NCBI GenBank assembly: GCA_963845065.1
Contig: CAWJQQ010000008.1
Location: forward strand, 384,001 to 448,000
DNA: 64,000 bases
From: Nitrospirota bacterium
GTDB lineage: Bacteria > Nitrospirota > UBA9217
Direction of reading: 5' to 3'
Positions 8,505-17,938 of this stretch are shown in pieces. The notes below the pieces were generated by a model, which was given only the letters and a program-made list of their open reading frames with translations, made no database searches and had not been told where the DNA came from. A program made the position numbers and the translations under genes. Each line of letters begins with the position of its first letter. The stretch's first letter is position 1.

Positions 8505-10933
8505 AGTACTCTCAACCTCAGAAAATATGTTGGTTGATAATCCTTGCTGCGCTCGTAATTGCACTTCAAGGGTGTGCAGCGAAGGCTCCTACAGCTGCTC
8601 AGGGTCAGCCCACGCAGATCATCCTTAATAAGATCGAACCTCGAGACGTGGATGGAAAAACTGAAATCGATATTGAGGGTTCTGAACCCATTTTGCAGTA
8701 CACCTCCTACCAACTCACGGACCCTCTCCGGCTGGTGGTTGATATTTCCGATGCCAGTATCGGCAAATTTAAGGACGCGATTACTGTCAATAGCGGGGCT
8801 GTTACCGATATTACGCCTGAACAGAAGGATAATATTGCCCGTTTGGAGATCGGTTTATCTCAAAGCGTAGAGCCGACGGTATACCAGTCCAGTGGAAAAC
8901 TTATCGTCGAATTGAGCAAACCGGAAGGGGCAAAGGAAGCCACAGAGACCGTTACGTCTGAAGTCACTTCTTCTGTGACGCCCTCGGTGGAGACCGTGAC
9001 ATCTGAAGTCACCTCTTCTGTGACGCCCTCAGTGGAGACCGTGACATCCGCAGTAACTTCTTCTGTAACTTCCTCACTTCAACCCGAAGTGACCACGCAG
9101 GAACAGCCTGCTCCTGAGCAGGCCGAAGCCGAACAAGCAACTGCGACCGTAGTATCATCAGTGAAGGCGACTGCCGGCAGAAATGGTGTGAAAATCGTCA
9201 TTACCGCAGACGGTTCCATGAAACCGAATGTCTTCATGGTCGAGGGCAAGAAACTCGTCGTGGATATTCCAGGCGTGCTGAGCAGGGTGAGGCCGAGTGT
9301 CATCCCGGTAAGAAAAGGAGGTCTTGACAGAGTGCGGATCGGCCAGCATGCGGCACCGGACATGAAAGTCCGGGTCGTCATGGACCTCACAAAACCGCTG
9401 ACCTATACAGTGACCCCCGAGGGGAATTCTCTTATTATAGCCATGAGCGCGGCACCGTCCGTGAAACCTGAAGAAAAAATGCCTCAGGAAAAAGCTCCTT
9501 CAGCAGAAGCGGAGAAAGTCCAACCTACAGAGCAGGCAGTGACGGTGCCACATCCTCAGGAAGAAGCTGCCACTGCTGCCGTTCCCGCCTCGGAAGAGCG
9601 AACAGAGGTACCAAAAAAACAGGAGCCAATCGCTGCTGAAAACCCTCTCATCTCCACAGCTAAGAAATATACTGGCAGGAAAATATCTCTCGACCTCCAG
9701 GACGCTGACTTGGTAAACGTCATGAGATTGTTTGCCGAGGTGGCAAACGTGAACATCATCCTTGCTCCCGATGTCAAGGGAAAGATCACCGTGCGCATGG
9801 TAAATATCCCTTGGGACCAGGCAATGGACATTATCCTCAAGATGAACGGCTTAGGGTATGTTCTGGAAGACAATGTCCTTCGCATTGCTTCACTTGGTGC
9901 CTTGACGAAGGAAGCAGAAGATGAACTGAGGAACACGGAAGCGAAGAAAAGAACAGAAGACCTCATAACCCGGATTATTCCGATTAATTATTCTACAGCA
10001 TCGGTAATCGAAACGACGATTAAGAAATCTCTCTCACCTCGCGGTGAAACAGTCACCGATGCAAGGACGAATACGCTCATTGTGAAGGACGTTCCGCGCA
10101 ATGTCGATGAGATTATTTCCCTGATCAAGCTTCTTGATAAGCCCACTCGTCAGATCATGATCGAGGCCAGACTCGTCCAGGCAAACACGAATTTCAGCAG
10201 ACAGATCGGCGTGCAATGGGGTGGGACCGCCAGTGCAAGTGCTGCGTATGGGAATCCGACAGGCCTCGTATTTCCTAATTCCATAGTGGCGACAGGTGCA
10301 ACTGCGATGGGAGCGACACAATCGGGCAACGGCAACTATGTAGTTAACATGCCGGCAGCTGCAGGCGCCACCACTGGCGGCGGTGCGTTATCAATGACCT
10401 TTGGATCAATCAATAAGGCGTTAAACCTGGACCTTGCTCTTTCGGCTTTGGAGTCCACTGGAGAAGGGAAAATTATATCGTCTCCACGGGTCAGTGCATT
10501 GGATAACAAGGAAGCCAAGATAACACAGGGCGTATCCATTCCTTTTTCAACAACCTCGGCAGGTGGTACTCAGATCCAGTTTATAGATGCCAATCTTGAG
10601 CTGACCGTTACTCCTCATGCAACGCCGGATAACAAAATATATTTGAAAATTAAAGCAACAAAAAACGCTCCTGACACGTCGCTCTTGGGAGCATCGGGCC
10701 AGCCGTCGATAGACAAAGCAGAGGCAACAACTGAAGTTCTGCTGTCAGACGGAGAAACGGCTGTTATCGGAGGCATTCTTATCGTCAATAAGAATGTGTC
10801 CTACCTAAAAGTTCCTTTCCTCGGCGATCTCCCCCTTATTGGCTGGCTGTTCAGAAACAAGACCGACACGGATACCAAACAAGAGCTTCTTATTTTTATA
10901 ACGCCCAAGATCGTAAAACAGGAAGCAATTTAG
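8501..10933 (+). CDS. pilQ: Type IV pilus secretin PilQ with AMIN domains
   Basis: Lipobox LQGC, two AMIN-like domains (PLRLVVDI, KLVVDIP), YTGRKISLD, secretin tail KVPFLGDLPLIGWLF..ELLIFITP. Confidence 0.95.
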   Translation: MKYSQPQKICWLIILAALVIALQGCAAKAPTAAQGQPTQIILNKIEPRDVDGKTEIDIEGSEPILQYTSYQLTDPLRLVVDISDASIGKFKDAITVNSGAVTDITPEQKDNIARLEIGLSQSVEPTVYQSSGKLIVELSKPEGAKEATETVTSEVTSSVTPSVETVTSEVTSSVTPSVETVTSAVTSSVTSSLQPEVTTQEQPAPEQAEAEQATATVVSSVKATAGRNGVKIVITADGSMKPNVFMVEGKKLVVDIPGVLSRVRPSVIPVRKGGLDRVRIGQHAAPDMKVRVVMDLTKPLTYTVTPEGNSLIIAMSAAPSVKPEEKMPQEKAPSAEAEKVQPTEQAVTVPHPQEEAATAAVPASEERTEVPKKQEPIAAENPLISTAKKYTGRKISLDLQDADLVNVMRLFAEVANVNIILAPDVKGKITVRMVNIPWDQAMDIILKMNGLGYVLEDNVLRIASLGALTKEAEDELRNTEAKKRTEDLITRIIPINYSTASVIETTIKKSLSPRGETVTDARTNTLIVKDVPRNVDEIISLIKLLDKPTRQIMIEARLVQANTNFSRQIGVQWGGTASASAAYGNPTGLVFPNSIVATGATAMGATQSGNGNYVVNMPAAAGATTGGGALSMTFGSINKALNLDLALSALESTGEGKIISSPRVSALDNKEAKITQGVSIPFSTTSAGGTQIQFIDANLELTVTPHATPDNKIYLKIKATKNAPDTSLLGASGQPSIDKAEATTEVLLSDGETAVIGGILIVNKNVSYLKVPFLGDLPLIGWLFRNKTDTDTKQELLIFITPKIVKQEAI
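8945..9076 (+). repeat. Three 45-bp in-frame tandem repeats in pilQ (ETVTSEVTSSVTPSV)
   Basis: Units begin GAGACCGT at 8945, 8990 and 9035. Confidence 0.9.
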
Positions 10934-11110
10934 TGCAAGAGAATAACACGGAATCTGAAGAATCATAGAAACAGGCACAAAAATAAACTGGACCATGAAA
11001 TGTAATTCGTTACATAGTTTGGTAAGACTGATTCCGAAAAATTAGCAAGAATTATGAGATGGCGTGTTGCAATTCAAAATAAAACAACAAGTTGCATGCA
11101 ACAGAAACAT

Positions 11111-11126
11111 TGGCACTTAAGTTGCT
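11111..11126 (+). promoter_or_regulatory. Sigma-54 (-24/-12) promoter
   Basis: TGGCAC-TTAAG-TTGCT matches consensus, 27 nt upstream of ATG 11154. Confidence 0.8.
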
Positions 11127-11153
11127 AAATAACTATAAAATGAGGTTTACAAA

Positions 11154-11597
11154 ATGAGACTGTCCATAAAGCTTATTTTTACCTTATACCTCCTGCTTGT
11201 GGCGTCTTCCTTACTACTTATGCACGGCTGCGGCAAAGAGGAGGCACCGAATGGCGCCACCATTGTAGCACCATCAAATCTTGGAGTGCCTCACAATGCC
11301 GGTGGTGACTGTTATCCTGCATTAGTTTTTTCTGTTAAGGATGTTAACGGCAACCCTTTGAGCGATGTAGCCGTGGGAATATTCAGTAATGGCCTCATTG
11401 CGCTTGCGCCGGCTTTAAGTGCTCCCACGTGCAATCAGGTAACTAACCAAAGTTCGATATCTACAAGAACGGATGACTACGGGAGGGTAACAGTTGAAAT
11501 GGTTACGCTGCCGACCACTACAGGTGGCACTTCTTTTGTGGAAGTGGAATCAGGCTCAGCGGCAGCCGTTGCAACTACTCCACCGACTACGGATTAA
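11154..11597 (+). CDS. Small lipoprotein, probable single Ig-like domain
   Basis: Signal ending MHGC; VKDVNGNPLSDVAV and TDDYGRVTV Big_1-like motifs. Confidence 0.75.
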   Translation: MRLSIKLIFTLYLLLVASSLLLMHGCGKEEAPNGATIVAPSNLGVPHNAGGDCYPALVFSVKDVNGNPLSDVAVGIFSNGLIALAPALSAPTCNQVTNQSSISTRTDDYGRVTVEMVTLPTTTGGTSFVEVESGSAAAVATTPPTTD

Positions 11598-11638
11598 ATA
11601 GTTTGTTTGGAAGCGACGATGTTTGGAGGTAATTAATA

Positions 11639-14440
11639 ATGAGAGATTTCAAGTTAGCCGGACTTATCTGGCTGATAGTGTTATTGGGGTTGATAACAAA
11701 TTGTTCGCCCTCGAGCGTTAATGGCGGCAGCTCAACTACTGGTTCCGCCGGTATTGGCGGCGGTACCACCTCCGGCACTGTCGTACTTCCCCTAGCTATG
11801 ATTATTTCAGCAAGCCCAACTACAATTTCAACAGCAGGTACATCTCAAATTACAGTTCATGTTGTAGATGCCACGGGTAATGTGGTGCCTGACGGAACCG
11901 TCGTCAGCTTCAATCTCGATAACGGCTTAAAAGGAGTGCTCTCTAATACGGCGCAAGCGACGACGGGGGGAGACGCAATAATAACCTTTACTGCCGGATC
12001 ACAAAGCACCATTGCGGTAATAACGGCCACAATCGGGACCGGCACTGTCAGTGTTGATGTAAGTATCGTAGGCACGACACCAGCCACAATGCTAGTATCG
12101 GCGTCCACTTCATCGATAACTGCCGGGAATACGAGTATAATCACCGCCACAGTCACGGACAGCCTCGGCCATCTCGTGTCCGGAGCAACCGTATCCTTTT
12201 CGACCGATCCGACAAAAGCCTCACTCTCCACTGGCCAAGGTATAACAGGTGCGAACGGCGTAGCCAGTGTGACACTTACCGGAGCTGCCGGACCTTATGC
12301 AACGGTAGATGTAGCATGTCTGGGTACCATTGGATCGGTGTCGATAACGATTTCAGGTTCCGGATCAGTAGGATCAATTGCGGTTTCGAGTACGCTCACA
12401 TCCATTGTCACGGGAGGCACTGCTACCATTACAGGGCTTCTGCGAGACGCAGGCGGTCAGCCGATTACCGGTGCTACCTTGAATCTTTCCTTAAGCAACT
12501 CCGCAGCTGGTAACTTAAGCGCTCCAGCCATAGTAACTAATAATGCCGGTGTTGCCTCTGTTGGCTTTATGGCAGGAGCCTTGCCCACATCCGGTATCGT
12601 GAGCGCTACCTATGCAGCTCTTGGCTTGACCTCCTCGGTGAATTTGACGATTACCGCTCCTCCGCCGGCCAACATTGTCACAACAGCAACGCCCACAAGC
12701 ATTACGGTCAGGGGCACTTCAACCATTACTGCAGTCGTTACGGATATTAATAGTAATCCGGTATTGGATGGAACGCAGGTTACTTTCTCCGTGAGCGATA
12801 ACAGTTACGGTACATTATCAAATACGGTATCCTCAACATCAGGGGGTACGGGAATGGCGACTGTTACATTCACAGCAGCCAATAAGGCTGGAGCTGTTAC
12901 AGTATCAGCTGTTGCCGGCACTATCACTAAAACTACAACCGTGACGATTGTTCCGGCTCCAACCGGGAGCATTCAATTTATCTCCGCCGTGCCACAGCTC
13001 ATTGGTATCCAAGGCTCTGGTGTAATTACGACATCGACCATAGAATTCCAGGTGAGTGACATAAACGGAGATCCCGTAACTGACGGAACGAGTGTGAAGT
13101 TTTCGATGCAGGGTCCGGGAGGGGGCGCCTATATCGGAGCAACTCCGGGGTCGCTGACCGCCAATGGATCGACGGTTAACGGCAATGCCGTAGTAATTTT
13201 AAATAGCGGCACTGTGGCAGGTCCGGTAACCATCATCGCGTTGACAACGACATTAAGTGGCACGATCTCCACATCATCAGGACAGATATCGATAGGGGGC
13301 GGGGTGCCGTCTGCCACGCATTTTAATCTGGCGACTTCGCGATTCAATTTGCAGGGTTTTGTCGTCTCGGGCGCAACTGCCAGCATATCGGCATACGTTG
13401 CTGACCGGTTCGGAAATTACAACATATTGAAAGGGACATCGATTTCTTTTTATACTGAAGCAGGCGCGATAGGCGCTCAGGGAATAACTGATGCAACGGG
13501 ATACACGTCCTCCCTTTTAAGAACGCAGGCACCCGATCCGGCAATTGTGGCCCAAACGGTTGCAGAGCAGTCGAATATTGCCGACCTCAATTTGCAGTTT
13601 CCATTCGCGGTCATTCCGTCAGATGGTAGCGTGCATCCACGGAATGGCCGGGTAACGGTAATGGCTGCGGTCCAGGGTGAAGAGTCGTTTCTCGACGAGA
13701 ACGGGAACGGTGTATTTGATAATTCATATAACAATAGTGCCTGCCCTGTCGGATATACCTGCGAATGTGCCAGCGGCACGGGTACGTCCATCACGCCGAC
13801 TGACGCACTACCACGGACATGCGCTGGAGGAGTGAATAGATCTGAGGCCTTCGTTGATCTAGGCGAACCTTTCATTGATTCGAATGATGATAACTGCAGA
13901 AATGACGGTACTGGAACGGAGAATTGTAACGGTGTCGTGCCCAATAATCCCACTCCTACCGATCCCTATGAACCATTTATCGATGCAAACGGTAATGGTG
14001 TATATGATCCGCCTAATGGAGTATGGGATGGACCGAGTTGCACCGCACCCAATTGTGAAACGAGCAAGATGATATGGACATCAAGGAAACTTGTTTTTAC
14101 TGGAAATGAAGCGTATTGCGGCAGCTTATTTTCAGTATCGGCTGGATTCAAAGTCAATTCCGGGCTGAACATATTCTTCATGGCTGGGGATTTTAACACA
14201 AACGCGCTTATTCCCGGTACGACCATTGCCATTGCTGCGTCCGCCGGCACACTAACCGGGAATACCACCTATACCGTTGCCGATGGAGTTTCTGATGGGC
14301 CTACAGTGATGTCAGTCTTCCTCGCGCCACCATCAAGTGTGCCTAACCCAAATGTAGTTAGCGTTACAGCCACGGTGACGGCACCAAGTGGTAGTGGTAT
14401 CCTAGTATGCGCCCCTCAGACGATTACTGGATCATTCTAG
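11639..14440 (+). CDS. Large invasin/intimin-like surface lipoprotein with tandem Big_1 Ig-like domains
   Basis: Signal ending ITNC; repeated DxxGxxVxDGTxVxF units; Thr/Ser/Gly-rich; DENGNGVFD and DANGNGVYD loops. Confidence 0.85.
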   Translation: MRDFKLAGLIWLIVLLGLITNCSPSSVNGGSSTTGSAGIGGGTTSGTVVLPLAMIISASPTTISTAGTSQITVHVVDATGNVVPDGTVVSFNLDNGLKGVLSNTAQATTGGDAIITFTAGSQSTIAVITATIGTGTVSVDVSIVGTTPATMLVSASTSSITAGNTSIITATVTDSLGHLVSGATVSFSTDPTKASLSTGQGITGANGVASVTLTGAAGPYATVDVACLGTIGSVSITISGSGSVGSIAVSSTLTSIVTGGTATITGLLRDAGGQPITGATLNLSLSNSAAGNLSAPAIVTNNAGVASVGFMAGALPTSGIVSATYAALGLTSSVNLTITAPPPANIVTTATPTSITVRGTSTITAVVTDINSNPVLDGTQVTFSVSDNSYGTLSNTVSSTSGGTGMATVTFTAANKAGAVTVSAVAGTITKTTTVTIVPAPTGSIQFISAVPQLIGIQGSGVITTSTIEFQVSDINGDPVTDGTSVKFSMQGPGGGAYIGATPGSLTANGSTVNGNAVVILNSGTVAGPVTIIALTTTLSGTISTSSGQISIGGGVPSATHFNLATSRFNLQGFVVSGATASISAYVADRFGNYNILKGTSISFYTEAGAIGAQGITDATGYTSSLLRTQAPDPAIVAQTVAEQSNIADLNLQFPFAVIPSDGSVHPRNGRVTVMAAVQGEESFLDENGNGVFDNSYNNSACPVGYTCECASGTGTSITPTDALPRTCAGGVNRSEAFVDLGEPFIDSNDDNCRNDGTGTENCNGVVPNNPTPTDPYEPFIDANGNGVYDPPNGVWDGPSCTAPNCETSKMIWTSRKLVFTGNEAYCGSLFSVSAGFKVNSGLNIFFMAGDFNTNALIPGTTIAIAASAGTLTGNTTYTVADGVSDGPTVMSVFLAPPSSVPNPNVVSVTATVTAPSGSGILVCAPQTITGSF

Positions 14441-14498
14441 GAATAGTGATACACCGGTTTTGTGTACGCTGAAGTTTTTTTGGTGATAAGTGATAGAC

Positions 14499-14531
14499 AT
14501 ACCCGCGGCCGATGTCGCGGGTATTTGTTTT
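14499..14531 (+). terminator. Rho-independent terminator
   Basis: ATACCCGCGGC-cgat-GTCGCGGGTAT then TTGTTTT. Confidence 0.75.
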
Positions 14532-14907
14532 CAACGCTCTTGCACCGTGATTATTTCTTAAAGAATGTGTCTGAATCTATTGAATTCAGGCGCAACGATA
14601 GCCTATAATTAAAAAAATCGAATAATACATTTTTTTTGACAATGCATTTGTCTTTCCATAGTTATTGCTTATCGGAAGATTATAAACCTTGTTTTTCTTT
14701 GCATTTGACGATTGCTAACACAAGGGTCATAGTGTTTTATTGACATATTCGACATGATTTAGCAGATTCTTGGGTGTTTCTAAGCTTGTTGCACAGTTCT
14801 GCCTCGCATCATGATCTTTAAATCCGTCAAATATGACGATTTCGATAGAACTATATCGGCGTGATACGTGGACCGCGGATAGTCATTTTAGGGAGCGTAG
14901 CTACCAT

Positions 14908-15684
14908 ATGCTAATCAGACAACGGGCTTTATTCTTTTTGCTTATCCTCATCGCGGGTTGCGCTTCAGCAAACCACCGCCCTGTTGGTATCGAAACATAC
15001 GATTATGCAAACCAGCTGTTTGAAAAAGGGTTGTACGGGGATGCACGTGATGCATACCGGTACCTGGATGAGACCTATCCGAAAACCCCATTGGCTGAGA
15101 AGGCAGAATACAATGCAGCCTACATCCTAGTCTACTATAAGAATCTTAACTACGACTATGCCGGCGCCGAGCGTGAATTCAGCGTTTTCTTACAGCATTA
15201 TCCAACGAGTAAACTCGCGGATCAGGCGCAGACATGGCTAGCGGTTCTCAAGAGTTTCGATCAGTCAAAAACGCACGAACTCATGATGGAAGTCGAGTTG
15301 CTCTCAAAAAAAATTCAGAATTTTTGGACTGAAATAGAAGACAGGCAGGCAGATGAAGAAAAACTGACAAAAGAAAAAGGTTCGCTCCTTGCGGAGAAGG
15401 AGGAACTATCCAAAAAAGCCGGTGATTTGCTGAACGAGAAGGAACACCTGTTAAGTGAGAAAGCAGCTGTGACTGTGGAGCGGGACGGGCTCATACAGGA
15501 TAAAATAACCCTTCAGCGAAGGGTCTTTTCGCTGACCGAGGAGAAGAATGATCTTATCCTGGCGAAAAAAAAGCTGGAAAAGAGTCTTCGAGATCTTACC
15601 ATGGTTGATGAGAAGATGAAGACGCAACGAAAGAAGATTAAAAAGGAGGAAATCAGCAAGGACACGAACTCAACCCCTCGCTGA
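14908..15684 (+). CDS. TPR (BamD/YfiO-like) lipoprotein with C-terminal coiled coil
   Basis: GGAG SD, lipobox IAGC, TPR motifs ETYPKTPLAEKA and QHYPTSKLADQA, heptad-rich tail. Confidence 0.75.
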   Translation: MLIRQRALFFLLILIAGCASANHRPVGIETYDYANQLFEKGLYGDARDAYRYLDETYPKTPLAEKAEYNAAYILVYYKNLNYDYAGAEREFSVFLQHYPTSKLADQAQTWLAVLKSFDQSKTHELMMEVELLSKKIQNFWTEIEDRQADEEKLTKEKGSLLAEKEELSKKAGDLLNEKEHLLSEKAAVTVERDGLIQDKITLQRRVFSLTEEKNDLILAKKKLEKSLRDLTMVDEKMKTQRKKIKKEEISKDTNSTPR

Positions 15685-15798
15685 GCGTTCGCCGTAAGTT
15701 TGCAGCAATATGCATTGGTGTGTTCATAAAAACGGCAATAAAAAAAAATCGTTTAGCTTTTAGATTTACAGATATATGCGATGCGTTGGATCATTGAA

Positions 15799-15999
15799 TT
15801 ATGTCGGATGTTGTCTGCTCATCCTCAGGTTTTTCTGCCTACGTTTCTGCGCTTCCCTTCTCTTCCGCTTCTTTTTTAAAGAGGGCTTTTCATAAAAACG
15901 TCTATTTTTCAACTCCCTGAACAGCCCATCATGCTGCATTTTGCGCTTGAGCAGCCGGAGAGCTTTTTCGATGTTTTTATCATCTACCCTTATCTCCAA
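15799..15999 (-). CDS. rpsU: 30S ribosomal protein bS21
   Basis: IEKALRLLKRK...RRFYEKPS; TTG start overlaps upstream gene. Confidence 0.93.
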   Translation of the reverse strand: MEIRVDDKNIEKALRLLKRKMQHDGLFRELKNRRFYEKPSLKKKRKRREAQKRRQKNLRMSRQHPT

Positions 16000-16328
16000 T
16001 TATCCTGCTTCCTTCCTCCCGATCCTCTCCGATCGAATCCGCGCTGGCCGCCCCTGCCGCCACCCGATGTGCCGCGATCCCGCTGAGGCCTTGCCTCGCT
16101 TACATTGATAGTTCTGTCCATGACAGGCGTGCCATTAAGAGTTGAGATGGCCTTCTCGGCGTCCTCATCGTTTGCCATCTCCACAAAGCCGAAGCCCCTC
16201 GATCGTCCTGTCGCTGCATCCGTCACAATCTTACTCGAGGTTACTTCTCCGATTGCAGCAAAGACATCTTTCAGGCCATCCTCTGTGATCTGATACGGCA
16301 AATTTCCGACATAAAGCTTCTTTGACAT
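15990..16328 (-). CDS. RRM RNA-binding protein with Gly/Arg-rich tail
   Basis: RNP2 KLYVGNL, RNP1 RGFGFVEM; GGAGG SD before ATG 16328. Confidence 0.93.
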   Translation of the reverse strand: MSKKLYVGNLPYQITEDGLKDVFAAIGEVTSSKIVTDAATGRSRGFGFVEMANDEDAEKAISTLNGTPVMDRTINVSEARPQRDRGTSGGGRGGQRGFDRRGSGGRKQDNWR

Positions 16329-16464
16329 GTTCCTCCTCCCGATACGGTTAATTTGATAAACGTTGCTTATATTAATGATACCAGAAACTGAACACTTTTG
16401 TTGGCTCAATAATCGATTAGGCACCTTTTTGCATGTTACAGGAAATCAGTTTTGAACAGGAAAT

Positions 16465-17785
16465 CAGCGTTGTCCGGTTAGCAAATTGCATTCAAAGGAG
16501 ACAATAAAAAAGCATAACATTCTTTCGGCCGGTCGCTATTAACTTGACATTTAGTAAAATGTGCACAGAAAAAATTTTCGTAAATACCTTTAACTGCAAG
16601 GAGTTACGAAAATGCCCTATGTGCTCGATCCGAAGAACGACTCAGGCAAACGACCGTCATTCAGCCAGTTGCTTCAACCACTGGAAGCGCCATTAATCGA
16701 CATCGCGTTACTTAAGGCACGAGGGAACAGGCCGCTACAAATGGAATTTGAAGATCAGCTTCATGCACTCATTTACTTTCACCTTGAGGAACACACTTCA
16801 GGTCGTCATCTGTTGCAAGTCCTCAAGGAAGATGATTTTGCCCGACAGACGATTGCGCCGAAATCCGGCATTAATAAAAGCAGTTTTTTCGAGGCCATTA
16901 ATTCAAGAGGCCTTGATCAACTTATGGAATTATACCTGGCGCTCCAAGTCAAAGCCACCAAGCTGCTTCCGACTGAATACGGCAATCTCGGCGACCTTGT
17001 CGCCGTTGATGGATCTTTGATAGATGCAGTACTTTCTATGCACTGGGCCGATTACCGGGGCGGTTCAAAAAAAGCCAAGACGCATATAGGCTTCGATATC
17101 AATCGTGGTATCCCGACGAAGATATTTTTGACCCACGGCAAAGGAGATGAACGCCCTTTTGTAAGCCAGATCATTTCACCGGGTCAGACCAGTGTTCTGG
17201 ATCGTTACTACCAGCGGCATAAGAACTTTGATCAGTGGCAAACAGAGAGAAAACATTTTGTCTGCCGGATCAAGGAAAATACAACGATTACTATTATCAG
17301 GGCCAATGCCGTAAAACCCGGAAGCATTGTTTTTTATGACGCCGTTGTCCTGCTCGGGACCAAAGGAGTGAATCAAACGGAAAAAGAACTCCGTTTAGTC
17401 GCCTATCGCGTCGCGAATAAAGAATACTGGGTTGCTACCGATCGGTACGATCTTTCAGCCGAGGAGGTAGCACTGGTTTACAAGCTCAGATGGAACATAG
17501 AAACCTTCTTCGGCTGGTGGAAACGCCACCTGAAGGTCTATCACTTGATTGCAAGAAGCAAACATGGTCTCATGGTCCAAATACTGGGAGGTCTCATCAC
17601 CTACCTGCTTCTCGCAATTTATTGCTACGAACAGCACAATGAGAAAGTCAGTATAAAAAGGGTCAGAGAGCTACGCTGCAAAATCAAGAATGAAGCTGCT
17701 GAGTTTGAGAATGTGCCTCCCGATCTTGACTGCTATAAAATGTCCGGAGGCATTATCTATGCAAAAACGTAACCGGACATTACTG
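16465..17785 (+). mobile_element. IS4-family insertion sequence, 1321 bp
   Basis: 16-bp terminal inverted repeats CAGCGTTGTCCGGTTA / TAACCGGACATTACTG (13 of 16 match); 9-bp target duplication ACAGGAAAT at 16456-16464 and 17786-17794. Confidence 0.92.
16612..17772 (+). CDS. IS4-family DDE transposase
   Basis: VDGS, LDRYY, YKLRWNIETFF (YREK-type motif); stop codon lies in the right IR. Confidence 0.93.
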   Translation: MPYVLDPKNDSGKRPSFSQLLQPLEAPLIDIALLKARGNRPLQMEFEDQLHALIYFHLEEHTSGRHLLQVLKEDDFARQTIAPKSGINKSSFFEAINSRGLDQLMELYLALQVKATKLLPTEYGNLGDLVAVDGSLIDAVLSMHWADYRGGSKKAKTHIGFDINRGIPTKIFLTHGKGDERPFVSQIISPGQTSVLDRYYQRHKNFDQWQTERKHFVCRIKENTTITIIRANAVKPGSIVFYDAVVLLGTKGVNQTEKELRLVAYRVANKEYWVATDRYDLSAEEVALVYKLRWNIETFFGWWKRHLKVYHLIARSKHGLMVQILGGLITYLLLAIYCYEQHNEKVSIKRVRELRCKIKNEAAEFENVPPDLDCYKMSGGIIYAKT

Positions 17786-17818
17786 ACAGGAAATAACAAA
17801 AGTGTTCGCAAAAAGAAC

Positions 17819-17858
17819 AAAAAAGGCTGCAAAACTCAATACCATAGTTTTTGCAGCC
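17819..17858 (-). terminator. Terminator downstream of der
   Basis: GGCTGCAAAA...TTTTGCAGCC stem with A run on its left. Confidence 0.65.
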
Positions 17859-17938
17859 CGCAAATTGACAAAAACTCACGATTTTAAATCGTGTCTCTAT
17901 GCATGAAATAATACTCTCTGTTGACGAGGTAGGTCAAT

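Noticed and set aside
16419..16433. AGGCAC...TTGCA as a sigma-54 promoter
   Set aside because: GG-to-GC spacing is 9 rather than 10
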